Shown: positions 28,491 to 37,767, counted from the first letter of the stretch. The stretch is 64,000 bases of DNA from a virus (IMGVR_UViG_3300031555_010707), one strand, 5' to 3'. Notes: generated from the sequence alone by a model not told the origin. A program made the numbers and translations.

Positions 28491-28790
28491 TTAGAACTTT
28501 CCAAGTATAACGGCCTTATCGGATATGTATTCGCCGTTAATGGTATTGAAGTATTGACCGATCGGGCGAACAAGATAGACGATTGGATTTCCTCCGTACT
28601 TAATACAGGCTTTCTTGGCAAATTTCTGAGCAGTAGCAAGAGACGTTGTGAAGAAAACCTTATCTTCGTACTTCTTCCTCCAATGTTCACGCTTGCAATT
28701 CGTGATGATGGGAGGCAAGAGAATTTTGTGAATTTGGAGAGAATCCGTAGTTCCATGATAGAAAACTTTAGTATTCGCCGGAAAATTCAT
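28491..28790 (-). CDS. Small protein resembling the C-terminal NAD-binding lobe of Tpt1/KptA RNA 2'-phosphotransferase (an ART-fold)
   Basis: VFYHGTTDSLQIHKIL matches the KptA LYHGTASRFLDEIK. GGNPIVYLVRP matches HGSPVILTV. Confidence 0.3.
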   Translation of the reverse strand: MNFPANTKVFYHGTTDSLQIHKILLPPIITNCKREHWRKKYEDKVFFTTSLATAQKFAKKACIKYGGNPIVYLVRPIGQYFNTINGEYISDKAVILGKF

Positions 28791-29046
28791 GTTCAATGAC
28801 CTCGCATCCGTGGGCGGCGTCTTCGATGAGCCCAATCAAAAGAGCTTCTACGTCATCAAGAAGGTTTGCATAGGTACTCCCGTAAAGCCCAACCATATTG
28901 TCCGAATCTCTTTCTTCGTCCTCCGGACTGGGGATACGGACATTATGCTGCTCAAGAATTTCTTCGAACATATCGATAATTCTTGCCGCTTCGTCATGCG
29001 TATAGATGGTCTTTCTATCCGAATCAGATTTGACTATACCCGTCAT
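28768..29046 (-). CDS. Hypothetical acidic protein
   Basis: ORF. Confidence 0.3.
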   Translation of the reverse strand: MTGIVKSDSDRKTIYTHDEAARIIDMFEEILEQHNVRIPSPEDEERDSDNMVGLYGSTYANLLDDVEALLIGLIEDAAHGCEVIEHEFSGEY

Positions 29047-29273
29047 CGTACTCCTCCTTGATGATTTCTTGTCCTCTGCATCCTCTTTCGAGTCAAGCGG
29101 CTTGGAACGCTTCTTGCTGCATTACAAGCGGCAGACAGCCCAGTCCTACTATCTGCCGGATGTCCAGCTGTACTGGTTGGAGGGAACGCGATACTCCTGG
29201 CAAGCGCGAGCCTGTCTCCATCAAGCTCGTAAATGCGCTTTCATGCCCTGTCAATAACCAAGTGTATCGCAGC

Positions 29274-29352
29274 AGTGGTCTTCCTGGCGGGACTCGAACC
29301 CGCGACTCCTTGATTAAAAGTCAAGTGCTCTACCAACTGAGCTACAGGAAGG
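29274..29352 (-). tRNA. tRNA-Lys(TTT)
   Basis: Anticodon loop CTTTTAA; CCA encoded. Confidence 0.75.
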
Positions 29353-29355
29353 TAA

Positions 29356-29430
29356 TGGCGGCTCGTCAGGGATTCGAACCCCGAACCTATCGGTTAACAG
29401 CCGAGTGCTCTACCTTTGAGCTAACGAGCC
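29356..29430 (-). tRNA. tRNA-Asn(GTT)
   Basis: Anticodon loop CTGTTAA; CCA encoded. Confidence 0.75.
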
Positions 29431-29468
29431 ATGATGCCACCGCCATTGTCGTAGAGGTGGCAAACAGA

Positions 29469-29660
29469 TTAGAATAACCGCTTTCCGCAAGTCGGGCAGC
29501 GGTAGATGGTGAAATTTCCGATCTTATAATCGGTTCCATTGGTTTTGCAGTTGATCGGAAGATATTCGTTATCCCATTTCAGGCGATGGATTTCTCTTCC
29601 GTTCTTATCGACTTCGGCAACATATGGAACATAGCCTTTCGGATTGCATACACTGCACAT
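29469..29660 (-). CDS. Small zinc-ribbon protein
   Basis: CxxC...CxxC. Confidence 0.3.
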   Translation of the reverse strand: MCSVCNPKGYVPYVAEVDKNGREIHRLKWDNEYLPINCKTNGTDYKIGNFTIYRCPTCGKRLF

Positions 29661-29663
29661 AAA

Positions 29664-29951
29664 TCACGCACCTTCTTCCAGAAGATCGTCTTCAGTCATT
29701 TCATCCATGTCGCTTCTCATCGCCTGAAGTTTTCTCTGATCCGAAATCTTGTTGCTGGACATAGAATTCGGGCTACCTCCCCATGACTTGCGGGGATTGC
29801 ACATACAGCAGGAGCAGTGAATCTTGTTCTTGGAATATTGATGAAGATTGTCATACCAGTCTCCACCCATAATGTTCCTGACGATGGAACGCTTGCGTTT
29901 TGCATGTTTCCAATCCATCTTTCTGGAACGACCTCTGTTATTCGGCTTCAT
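29664..29951 (-). CDS. Hypothetical basic Cys-containing small protein
   Basis: AAGGAG 7 nt upstream of ATG 29951. Confidence 0.3.
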   Translation of the reverse strand: MKPNNRGRSRKMDWKHAKRKRSIVRNIMGGDWYDNLHQYSKNKIHCSCCMCNPRKSWGGSPNSMSSNKISDQRKLQAMRSDMDEMTEDDLLEEGA

Positions 29952-29973
29952 GCTATCACTCCTTGCTAAAGAA

Positions 29974-30066
29974 TGGCGGAAGGTGTGAGATTCGAACTCA
30001 CGGTGCCCGAATTTCAGGCACGCCTGATTAGCAATCAGGTGCATTAAGCCACTCTGCCAACCTTCC
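29974..30066 (-). tRNA. tRNA-Ser(GCT), type II
   Basis: Anticodon loop TTGCTAA; long variable arm. Confidence 0.75.
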
Positions 30067-30069
30067 AGA

Positions 30070-30144
30070 TGGAGCTCCCATTCGGATTTGAACCGAAAAC
30101 CAATCGCTTACGATGCGATTGCTCTGCCGTTGAGCTATAGGAGC
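30070..30144 (-). tRNA. tRNA-Thr(CGT)
   Basis: Anticodon loop ATCGTAA. Confidence 0.7.
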
Positions 30145-30411
30145 ACTTGTGTCTACAATTTCAATCGAACTTCCGATTTCTTCTCCAGCGCCTGCACCAA
30201 CAGAAATCGCAATCCAGATACCCGACACGATGCCCGTCGATTTTGCACACCGAAGAACCATGCGCCACATGTTCTCGATTGCCACAACTTCCGCAGCAGC
30301 GCCCTTCTCTTACGTCGTCTGAAGCGTATACTTTCAGGCCGTTGTTGCTATTGCGAGTATCATAAGAAAGACATATGAGCAACGAGAACACCTCCTAAAA
30401 TGATTGATGAA

Positions 30412-30488
30412 ATGGAGCCGGATATGGGACTCGAACCCATGACCCTGCGCTTACAAAACGCACGCTCTGGCCATCTGAGCTAATCCGG
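30412..30488 (-). tRNA. tRNA-Thr(TGT)
   Basis: Anticodon loop TTTGTAA. Confidence 0.7.
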
Positions 30489-30577
30489 CATGTGTGGTGG
30501 CCTCTGCTGGTAACGATCCAGCCTCCGTAGATTTTCAGTCTACTGCTTTCACCATGTAAGCTAAAAGGCCAAGTAAA

Positions 30578-30654
30578 TGGTGCCGAGGGTGGGACTTGAA
30601 CCCACAAATCGCAGATTTTGAGGCTGCTTCCTATGCCATTTCGGATACCCCGGC
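30578..30654 (-). tRNA. tRNA of uncertain identity: type I structure, canonical register gives anticodon CAA, discriminator A73
   Basis: Acceptor, D and T arms are good. The anticodon stem GCAGC/TCTGC has a loop-proximal C-U mismatch; loop CTCAAAA. Confidence 0.55.
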
Positions 30655-30817
30655 TTGTGTGTTTCCCGCTTAGATTGAACATTGTATCCTTTGGGTCACG
30701 GCTACTCAGATCAAGCCGAACATTTGCAACTGTCCAGTTCCAATGCTTTTCAGCGGACATTTTCATTCTCTGTGAGGAATCCACAACGCTCACATCAGCA
30801 GGGAGCGACCCTGCATT

Positions 30818-30900
30818 TGGTATGGATGAAGGGATTCGAACCCTTACGCTTACGCACTGGGACTTAAAACCAGCGTGCCTGCCAATTACACCACATCCAC
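30818..30900 (-). tRNA. tRNA-Leu(TAA), type II
   Basis: Leu-like D arm and long variable arm. Loop TTTAAGT. G1-U72 first pair. Confidence 0.6.
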
Positions 30901-31176
30901 TTAGTCTATTTTGTTGCGCCATTCATCATAGCTGGGAGGAGACATACCCTCATACTCATCGCTGTTATGGTCAATTGCCCATTGTACGAGGAACAAAAGA
31001 TACCGCTCCCAACGCACGTCATAATCGTCCAGCAATGCACAATTGGTCAACCTCATGCCACTTTGTTCGAGCCATCCGAATTCATGCTCAAGCATTTCTA
31101 TCGGAGGAAGCTCGGCTGTTGGCTCCTCTTGATAATTGATAATTGCAACGAAGGTTCTTTCATCCACCGCTATCAA
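30901..31176 (-). CDS. Hypothetical small protein
   Basis: ORF. Confidence 0.3.
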   Translation of the reverse strand: MIAVDERTFVAIINYQEEPTAELPPIEMLEHEFGWLEQSGMRLTNCALLDDYDVRWERYLLFLVQWAIDHNSDEYEGMSPPSYDEWRNKID

Positions 31177-31243
31177 CCTTTCCTATGGAAAGGCACCCCG
31201 CCACAATGAACGGGGTGCCAAGAGAATATGTGTTTATGTACAA

Positions 31244-32737
31244 TTAGTGCTTGTCGGCAATAGCTCCACCAAGCATACCGGACAGCAGAGCCATCAGATC
31301 CAGACCGGTTGCATCCTTGAAGCCGTCTTGCACCTGCTTCATACCGGTCGTAACCGTGCCGGTCAGATTGGAGGTGCCGCCCTCGTAGATGGTCATGTTG
31401 TCGATGCTTTCCATGGGCTTCGCAATTGCCGCTGCAATGTCCGGCATGGTCTTGACGTATTCCAACGCGACGTCCAGAACCATCTGCTGCTTCGCGGCAT
31501 CGTCGTATTCCTTCATGGCTTCCGCCTTCTTCAGAATACCAACAGCTTCAGCCTCCGCTTTAGCCTGGATGGCTTCGGCTTCAGCGCGACCCTTTGCGGC
31601 AACGCCTGCCGCCTCGTTCTCCATAGCAATACGCTCTGCTTCGGAACGCGCCTTTTCGGCGGCGGCTCTTTGTTCAGCTTCGAACAGCTCAGCGTCTGCC
31701 TTCTTCTGTCGCTGGAAAAGCTCAGCCTCTGATGCCTTCTGAAGTTCGTACAGACGAGCGTCGGCTCTCTGCTGAGCAGCATACTTGTCTGCTTCAGCCT
31801 TCTTCTTGATCTCGGCATCCAGAGCGCGTTCACGGATGGCGACTTCACGTTCCTTCAGCTCAATCTCCTTTTCCAGACGAGCCAAGTTAGCCTCGGCAGT
31901 CTTAGTTTCGATAGAAGCACGCTGTTCCTGCTCCTGAATGGAATAAGCAGCATCGGCTTCTGCTCGCTTGGCATCCTCGATCTTTTTCAGTTCGGCTCTC
32001 TGGATTGCCAATTCGTTCTTGCGCTTAGCAATCTCTTGCTCAGACTTGACCTGAGCTTCGTTGGCAGCCATAGCGGCCTGCGCTCTGGCAATGGCAATTT
32101 CCTTTTCGGCCTGAGCCTTGGAAACAGCCGCATCCTTGGAAATCTGAACCGTGTTTTCCAGACCCAGATTATCAATGACGCCGTTGCGATCCTTGAAGTT
32201 CTGGATGTTGAAGGTGGTCAGCTCCAAGCCCATATCACGCAGATTGGGCGTTACGTTCTCAATGATGCGTTCAGCGAAAGTCTTCTTGTCGCCCTGAATG
32301 AGTTCTTTCAGAGTGGTCTGAGAAATAATTTCGCGGATGTTGCCTTCGAGAACGGGAGTGATGATTTCCTTGATTTGCTCGGGCTTATAGCCAAGGAACT
32401 TGGATGCTGCAATCTTCAGCAGTTCGGGTTCTTTGGAAATCGCCACGTTGGCCACCGCATCAACCATAATATTGATTGCGTCCTTGGTGGGAATCTCATC
32501 GCGGGAAGTAAAGTCGGACTGAATGTTTTCGAGCGACATGTAGTCAACTCGCTGGATAATGGGGATGACAAGAGCGCCCTGACCAATGATGGTTCTCGAA
32601 CCACGCGGGCCGGTGATGACCATTGCAATGTTCGGGGGAGCCTTCTTGTACATAACCTTGCCGATGAAGACAACCAAGAGGACTGCGGCGATGAAACAAC
32701 CAACAAAAACAGCGGCAGACATGATAGATTCGAGCAT
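31244..32737 (-). CDS. SPFH/band-7 flotillin-like membrane protein
   Basis: N-terminal TM, an SPFH core (NIAMVITGPRGSR...), and a long EA-rich coiled coil. Confidence 0.6.
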   Translation of the reverse strand: MLESIMSAAVFVGCFIAAVLLVVFIGKVMYKKAPPNIAMVITGPRGSRTIIGQGALVIPIIQRVDYMSLENIQSDFTSRDEIPTKDAINIMVDAVANVAISKEPELLKIAASKFLGYKPEQIKEIITPVLEGNIREIISQTTLKELIQGDKKTFAERIIENVTPNLRDMGLELTTFNIQNFKDRNGVIDNLGLENTVQISKDAAVSKAQAEKEIAIARAQAAMAANEAQVKSEQEIAKRKNELAIQRAELKKIEDAKRAEADAAYSIQEQEQRASIETKTAEANLARLEKEIELKEREVAIRERALDAEIKKKAEADKYAAQQRADARLYELQKASEAELFQRQKKADAELFEAEQRAAAEKARSEAERIAMENEAAGVAAKGRAEAEAIQAKAEAEAVGILKKAEAMKEYDDAAKQQMVLDVALEYVKTMPDIAAAIAKPMESIDNMTIYEGGTSNLTGTVTTGMKQVQDGFKDATGLDLMALLSGMLGGAIADKH

Positions 32738-32940
32738 TCTGATTCTCCTTTGGTTCTATTTAAGTTCCCGCTGATACCAGCTCCGAGGATCACCCATCGC
32801 CCTGATAAGACTAATGCGAAAACCTTGAATCGGAGATTTGATATAGCTTTAACCCTTGACCCTTAACGCTTGAGCTTTATTGCGTATAAACTTTAATGCC
32901 TAAGCCTTACACTTTGAGCTTTATGCTTTGAGCTTTGAGA

Positions 32941-32967
32941 CAAAAAACAAGCGCTCCTGGCTTGTTT
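32941..32967 (-). terminator. Rho-independent terminator downstream of 33111..33758
   Basis: On the minus strand, stem ACAAGC / GCTTGT followed by TTTTTT. Confidence 0.45.
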
Positions 32968-33110
32968 CTCTATGCTTTGCATAGCATCTTCATATTATAT
33001 CGCAACCCAAATGCGTTTCCCTGTTTACATTTATTTGGCATTCGTCCAAACAGGGGAAAGTGTCGAATGAGCCTATCGTTTAGGGTTTTCAGTAACAGCG
33101 GAATCTTATT

Positions 33111-33758
33111 TTACTTGGTATCGTAGCTGACAGTGATGGTAGTCAGCGCATTGCTTACGCTCAGCGCAGCATCAATTTCAGCATCGAAAGCATCGATCTG
33201 CTCACTGAGCTGTTCGACCTTGGCTTTGATGTCAAGGGGATCGACCATATCCAGAGAGTTCATTTCGATGTATGCTTCACGGGTCTTAATGGCTTCGTCA
33301 CTCTTTGCCTTTTCACTGTTGGCAAACAGGCCGGAAACATAGGCGTCTGCCTTAGCCTGAAGCTCATCTCCGTTGGTGCGCTTGAAGTCCAGCGTTGCGG
33401 CAGCGAACTGCACTGTCATCTGCTTGACAAGCAGACGCAGGTTTTCCATGCCGGTCTTCTTCATCTCAATGGCTTCTGCAACCGTATAGGACTTGCCGCC
33501 AATGGTCACTTTGGTCTGGGCATTGGAGATGGACAGCGCATTACGGATCGCCGCTCTGCGATTGATACGAGCAATGATGCTTTCATAATCGCTCTTCATG
33601 CCATCCTTGTAGTCACCGACAGGCTTGCCGGCAATCTTATCATTAGAATGCTTGTTCGTGGTAATAAAAGTCGTGCCACGAATCTGATTCTGGATTCGAT
33701 CATCCAGAATCTTGAGGGTGCTGAGAGCCTGATGGACAGTCATGGTTTCCGTAGTCAT
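33111..33758 (-). CDS. Hypothetical protein
   Basis: ORF. Confidence 0.35.
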   Translation of the reverse strand: MTTETMTVHQALSTLKILDDRIQNQIRGTTFITTNKHSNDKIAGKPVGDYKDGMKSDYESIIARINRRAAIRNALSISNAQTKVTIGGKSYTVAEAIEMKKTGMENLRLLVKQMTVQFAAATLDFKRTNGDELQAKADAYVSGLFANSEKAKSDEAIKTREAYIEMNSLDMVDPLDIKAKVEQLSEQIDAFDAEIDAALSVSNALTTITVSYDTK

Positions 33759-33786
33759 GTAAATACCCCTTCCTTTTCTTCTGAGT

Positions 33787-33861
33787 TGGCTGTGGCGGTT
33801 GGGTTCGAACCAACGAATGCGGGAGTCAAAGTCCCGTGCCTTACCGCTTGGCTACGCCACA
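33787..33861 (-). tRNA. tRNA-Gln(TTG)
   Basis: U1-A72; loop CTTTGAC. Confidence 0.75.
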
Positions 33862-33864
33862 ATG

Positions 33865-33939
33865 TGGTGGAGGATAAGGGGCTCGAACCCTCAACCTTCC
33901 GCTTGCAAAGCGGATGCTCTACCTTTGAGCTAATCCCCC
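33865..33939 (-). tRNA. tRNA-Ala(TGC)
   Basis: G3-U70 present; loop TTTGCAA. Confidence 0.75.
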
Positions 33940-34220
33940 AGGTTGCACAGCGACCAATCTTCATCTCCAATGTCATGCTGAATTAAGGTGGACATGGAAC
34001 AAGCGTCCTTGCGTGAGCTCCCACAGGCCAAGTGCCATATCTCTCAATGTTCTATTAGCCCTTAATCCCTCTGCGTAATTCGTCTTATGAGTGCATTCCA
34101 TCAGTTAGAAAAACCGATCCTGCGCATGGCGGCTTCTATTCAGTTTTGAAAGGACGTATAAAGCCGCAACGGTAGTCCGTTTTCGCAGCTACGGATGTCT
34201 AATTTGTGCTGCGTCAGCGT

Positions 34221-34294
34221 TGCGCCCGAAGGGAATCGAACCCTTGACCACGCAGTTTCCCCTGCGTGACTCTACCAACTGAGTTACGAGGCGC
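34221..34294 (-). pseudogene. Aberrant tRNA-like gene: good T arm, extra 5' nucleotide, a 6-bp anticodon stem with a 6-nt loop GGGAAA, no encoded CCA
   Basis: T arm AAGGGTTCGATTCCCTT; anticodon arm ACGCAG GGGAAA CTGCGT. Confidence 0.4.
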
Positions 34295-34481
34295 ATAGAA
34301 ACCTCTGATACTTTTTCATCGCTTGTTTTCACAACCCTGAATCAATTAACAGGAAACGGTTTAATGTTATCAGAGGCGAGACGACCTAAGCCTTTTTGCC
34401 GTTAGAAAGCATTATCTTGTCGCCTGGAGGGGCGGATTTTCTCATGCTCCGCCATACAAGGAACCCTGAATCTAACTGGGT

Positions 34482-34558
34482 TGGCAGGGGAAGAAGGATT
34501 TGAACCCTCATCTACATCTGATTTGGAATCAGGAGTTTTTCCGTTAAACTATTCCCCT
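34482..34558 (-). tRNA. tRNA-Trp(CCA)
   Basis: Loop TTCCAAA. Confidence 0.7.
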
Positions 34559-34616
34559 TCGTAAGCGACTGCCGAAACAACCGCTACTTTTGATAGACTT
34601 ACGCCTTTATGATGGC

Positions 34617-34693
34617 TGGCGCACCAAGAGGGACTCGAACCCCCGACACATGGCTTAGAAGGCCAATGCTCTATCCATCTGAGCTACTGGTGC
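34617..34693 (-). tRNA. tRNA-Arg(TCT)
   Basis: Loop CTTCTAA. Confidence 0.7.
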
Positions 34694-34698
34694 AGAAG

Positions 34699-34772
34699 TG
34701 GAGCACCGTGCGGGAATCGAACCCGCGACACATACTTGGAAGGAACGTGTTTTGCCACTAAACTAACGGTGC
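34699..34772 (-). tRNA. tRNA-Gly(TCC), weak anticodon stem
   Basis: Loop CTTCCAA; its 5' end overlaps the HEG stop by 10 nt. Confidence 0.55.
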
Positions 34773-35560
34773 GCAGTTATGATGTCAACCACAGGAATTC
34801 TAAGTTTCCTGCACCATTTTTTAACTGAGTTGCCCGTTACGTTATATTTGCGACCAACTGCGCACAGGCTCTTCAGCTGTAAAATATCTTTAATTAGATC
34901 GTCTCTGGTAGGAATACATCCATTTTTCATTTGTGCAATATGAGAACACTTTATGGAACAATACTTCTGACCTTTGGAGCGACTTTGAAATACTGAAGAA
35001 CACACTCCGCATACTCTTTTACCGCACTGGATATTGCTATCGATTGGCCTCAGTTTGTCTTTACTGACCAACTTTCTATATACGGATTGAGTTCTTATCG
35101 GGTATTCAATGTCATCCATCACCCAGCTATCGCCTCGATTGATCGAACGTACCATACTACCTGAAATGCCAACAATATCGCCAATCTCATCCGTAGAATA
35201 CGAAGTAGTTTTCAGCATATCGACTATTTTGCTGTATAGCTCATTCGTCATAATATTACTGTGGCCATCTTGTCCTCCCGGAGTCGAATTGTAACCATTC
35301 GGAACCATGCTGTTGTAATACGAAATCCAGTATCTTTCCTTTTCATTGAGTTCGGACGTTAAACAGCTTTCTACCACCTCAAACGAGAAATTTTCTATCC
35401 CGTATTTTGCAAAGGCCTTATATAGTGGAAGATGCAGCAATCTTTCTTCATGCGCCGACTTATGATTATTCCATCTTTTTGATATACACCTGGATTGTCC
35501 TATGTATATCTTACCGTTAATCCGATTTTGAATCTTATAGATCCCAATTTCTTTCGCCAT
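34763..35560 (-). CDS. GIY-YIG homing endonuclease with C-terminal DNA-binding Cys motifs
   Basis: GIYKIQNRINGKIYIGQS is the GIY-YIG motif. Confidence 0.7.
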   Translation of the reverse strand: MAKEIGIYKIQNRINGKIYIGQSRCISKRWNNHKSAHEERLLHLPLYKAFAKYGIENFSFEVVESCLTSELNEKERYWISYYNSMVPNGYNSTPGGQDGHSNIMTNELYSKIVDMLKTTSYSTDEIGDIVGISGSMVRSINRGDSWVMDDIEYPIRTQSVYRKLVSKDKLRPIDSNIQCGKRVCGVCSSVFQSRSKGQKYCSIKCSHIAQMKNGCIPTRDDLIKDILQLKSLCAVGRKYNVTGNSVKKWCRKLRIPVVDIITAHR

Positions 35561-35591
35561 TTCGTTATCCTACTCATAATGAATTGCTATT

Positions 35592-35668
35592 TGGTCTGGC
35601 TGACAGGATTTGAACCTGCGACCTCGTGATCCCAAATCACGCCATCTACCAAACTGATATACAGCCAG
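35592..35668 (-). tRNA. tRNA-Pro(TGG)
   Basis: Loop TTTGGGA. Confidence 0.7.
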
Positions 35669-35674
35669 ATACTG

Positions 35675-35759
35675 TGGTGGGCGGAGGTGGATTTGAACCA
35701 CCGCATCCAGAGGAGCCTGATTTACAGTCAGGTGCCTTTGACCGCTCGGCCATCCGCCC
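35675..35759 (-). tRNA. tRNA-Tyr(GTA), type II
   Basis: Loop CTGTAAA. Confidence 0.75.
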
Positions 35760-35772
35760 ATGAATTGCGGTG

Positions 35773-36456
35773 TTACCCGCAAATCTTATTTGTTACAAGG
35801 TCGAAATCAAAAGAATCTCGATGGCCATCCGTGCTACACAGAGATTCATCACCAGTAATAACACGGACAACTTTATGGTCATCGTTCCATGTTTCAGATT
35901 TGAGGAACACCGGGAAAGAATCGAGAATCTTCTTTTCACGAAAGCCGCCATTGCGGTCAACGATTTCACAAATACGGCTTGTATGTCGGGATTCAATATA
36001 CGGGTCAATACGAAGAACGGAAGCGTAACGAATGCTTCTTTTCTTGTGATGAGAAATCCATTCCCGAATCGATGCCAAGTCCTCATACTTTTCAAAGTAA
36101 GAACACTGGAGTTTCTTCTCCATGCCGACTCTTTCATAAGCAATGAAGTTGAATCGACCAGGGTAGTTTTCATCCGTAAAAGGATAATGCATCGAACTCT
36201 GGATGCAGAAGATATACCCTCTGTACATGAAGGTGACATAATAAGTTGCATAGCCTATATGTGTTTCACCTGTCCTGTGGCACACACTGCTATGCCCTAT
36301 CATTTCACAGTTCATATGATGGATGACACGCTTTTCAGGGCAGGTGAGGAGCAAAACTTGAGGATTCTTTTCGAGTTCTCGTATAATGCCGCAAAACTCC
36401 AGATCTTTCTGAAGCATTACATCGCTATAAAAGAGCTGTTTCATGATGTGTTTCAC
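35773..36456 (-). CDS. Hypothetical protein with a His/Cys cluster
   Basis: HHMNCEMIGHSSVCH. Confidence 0.35.
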   Translation of the reverse strand: MKHIMKQLFYSDVMLQKDLEFCGIIRELEKNPQVLLLTCPEKRVIHHMNCEMIGHSSVCHRTGETHIGYATYYVTFMYRGYIFCIQSSMHYPFTDENYPGRFNFIAYERVGMEKKLQCSYFEKYEDLASIREWISHHKKRSIRYASVLRIDPYIESRHTSRICEIVDRNGGFREKKILDSFPVFLKSETWNDDHKVVRVITGDESLCSTDGHRDSFDFDLVTNKICG

Positions 36457-36458
36457 TC

Positions 36459-36857
36459 CTATTCAACCTCAGTCCAACCGTTTCGCTGAATGATGCGTCG
36501 CATGTTTCCCGCACCGACTGGGTTCATACTGTGAATCCTGATGGGATAGTTACGACCAGTTTCTTCGAGCCAGTCAAGGAGCTTGATATAATCTCCCCCA
36601 TTTACGGCAAAAGTGCCCGCATCATGATCTATGTCAATAACTTCGATTTTAAGAAGGTTCTTCAATAATGATAGAGCGTTTGCTCTGTGGAGAGGCGCTT
36701 CCGCGAACATTTCTTTGTGTGCATAAATACCACATTTCGCATATTGAGTTTCTAACTCAATTATTGCTGCCTTTGCAACATTCACGCTTCTGATCCACAA
36801 ATACCCATCTGGAGCAGGACGAGTATCGTCAATCCATAGCTTCATCGGCCATCGCAA
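36459..36857 (-). CDS. Hypothetical protein, possibly receiver-like / CPR-like
   Basis: LWIDDTRPAPDG...IDIDHD pattern; start codon uncertain (TTG). Confidence 0.3.
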   Translation of the reverse strand: MRWPMKLWIDDTRPAPDGYLWIRSVNVAKAAIIELETQYAKCGIYAHKEMFAEAPLHRANALSLLKNLLKIEVIDIDHDAGTFAVNGGDYIKLLDWLEETGRNYPIRIHSMNPVGAGNMRRIIQRNGWTEVE

Positions 36858-37083
36858 CCCCTCTCGAACACCTTTGAATTAACCCCATCGGAAATCAAAA
36901 CCCGAGTTCCTTGGGAGAAAAAGCATTTCTGAGAATTCCATACGGCATCAAGGCTCGTCTCCTTGTCTCCATGCACTTCGTAAGTCGGACACTTGTTTAT
37001 CAGCGAAACTGTAAACTTCTTTTCTTCGTTTACCATACGCATTCTCCTATATAGAATTTCCCTGAAGAGGAGGCGCGGCAACA

Positions 37084-37743
37084 TTAAGTCGCCGCTTCCT
37101 CCTCGGAGCTCTGATTTTTAGATTGGATACGGAAGCCGAAACACACGCCATGCGTGCCGCTCGCGCCGCTGCTGCCGCTGCCGCCACCCGAATGGACAAG
37201 GCCGAAGTTCGCCGTGGAGCCGGTACCCGGAGAACGAAGCCAATAATAACAGTAATCGTTATTATCCACGCCGTATCCCTTTACCCGATTCCGGCGGAGC
37301 TTGTAGATGTCCAGCTGAGTATCTTCAGGCTCCATGTCTTTGATGCGCTGGTTCTTACCGAACATCTGCGTGTAGGACAAGCAAAAGAGCTTGTCTTCGC
37401 ATTCAATGCGTTCACCATTGATACACTGGACAATAGTAGTAGGAATAATGACCGCCTGCAGATCGTCGGGAAGGAGCTCGAAAACCTCCTGGGCATACTT
37501 GCGCATCTTGCAATCACGCCAACCGCCGCGATTGGTATCGCGGTCGTTCATATTGTGAGGTTCTTTCAGACAATCACGGAAAACAATGAACTGTTCTCCC
37601 TTTTCATCATGGGCAACTTCGAGATCGACTCGCTCATCATTCTTGAGCGTAATCGAAATGACGTCTCCGCTCGCAAGAGAATCGAACTCTACGATGTCCG
37701 CCCAAGACACCGTTCTTCCAATCTTGGAAATGACAGAAACCAT
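37084..37743 (-). CDS. Hypothetical protein with a Gly/Ser-rich C-terminus
   Basis: ORF. Confidence 0.4.
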   Translation of the reverse strand: MVSVISKIGRTVSWADIVEFDSLASGDVISITLKNDERVDLEVAHDEKGEQFIVFRDCLKEPHNMNDRDTNRGGWRDCKMRKYAQEVFELLPDDLQAVIIPTTIVQCINGERIECEDKLFCLSYTQMFGKNQRIKDMEPEDTQLDIYKLRRNRVKGYGVDNNDYCYYWLRSPGTGSTANFGLVHSGGGSGSSGASGTHGVCFGFRIQSKNQSSEEEAAT

Positions 37744-37767
37744 TATCCATACCTCCCATTATCAGTA

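Noticed and set aside
30161-30391. A 76-aa Cys-rich ORF between tRNA-Thr(CGT) and tRNA-Thr(TGT).
   Set aside because: It starts with GTG directly abutting the only SD-like sequence and overlaps the tRNA flanks, so it is not annotated. It could be real and is worth checking in relatives.
32850-32940. Degenerate short direct repeats (ttgagcttta) downstream of the flotillin gene.
   Set aside because: Only three or four imperfect copies with irregular spacing; probably low-complexity AT-rich intergenic sequence near a terminator.
36842-37084. An 80-aa ORF overlapping the ends of two neighbouring genes.
   Set aside because: No RBS and it overlaps both neighbours; likely not expressed.
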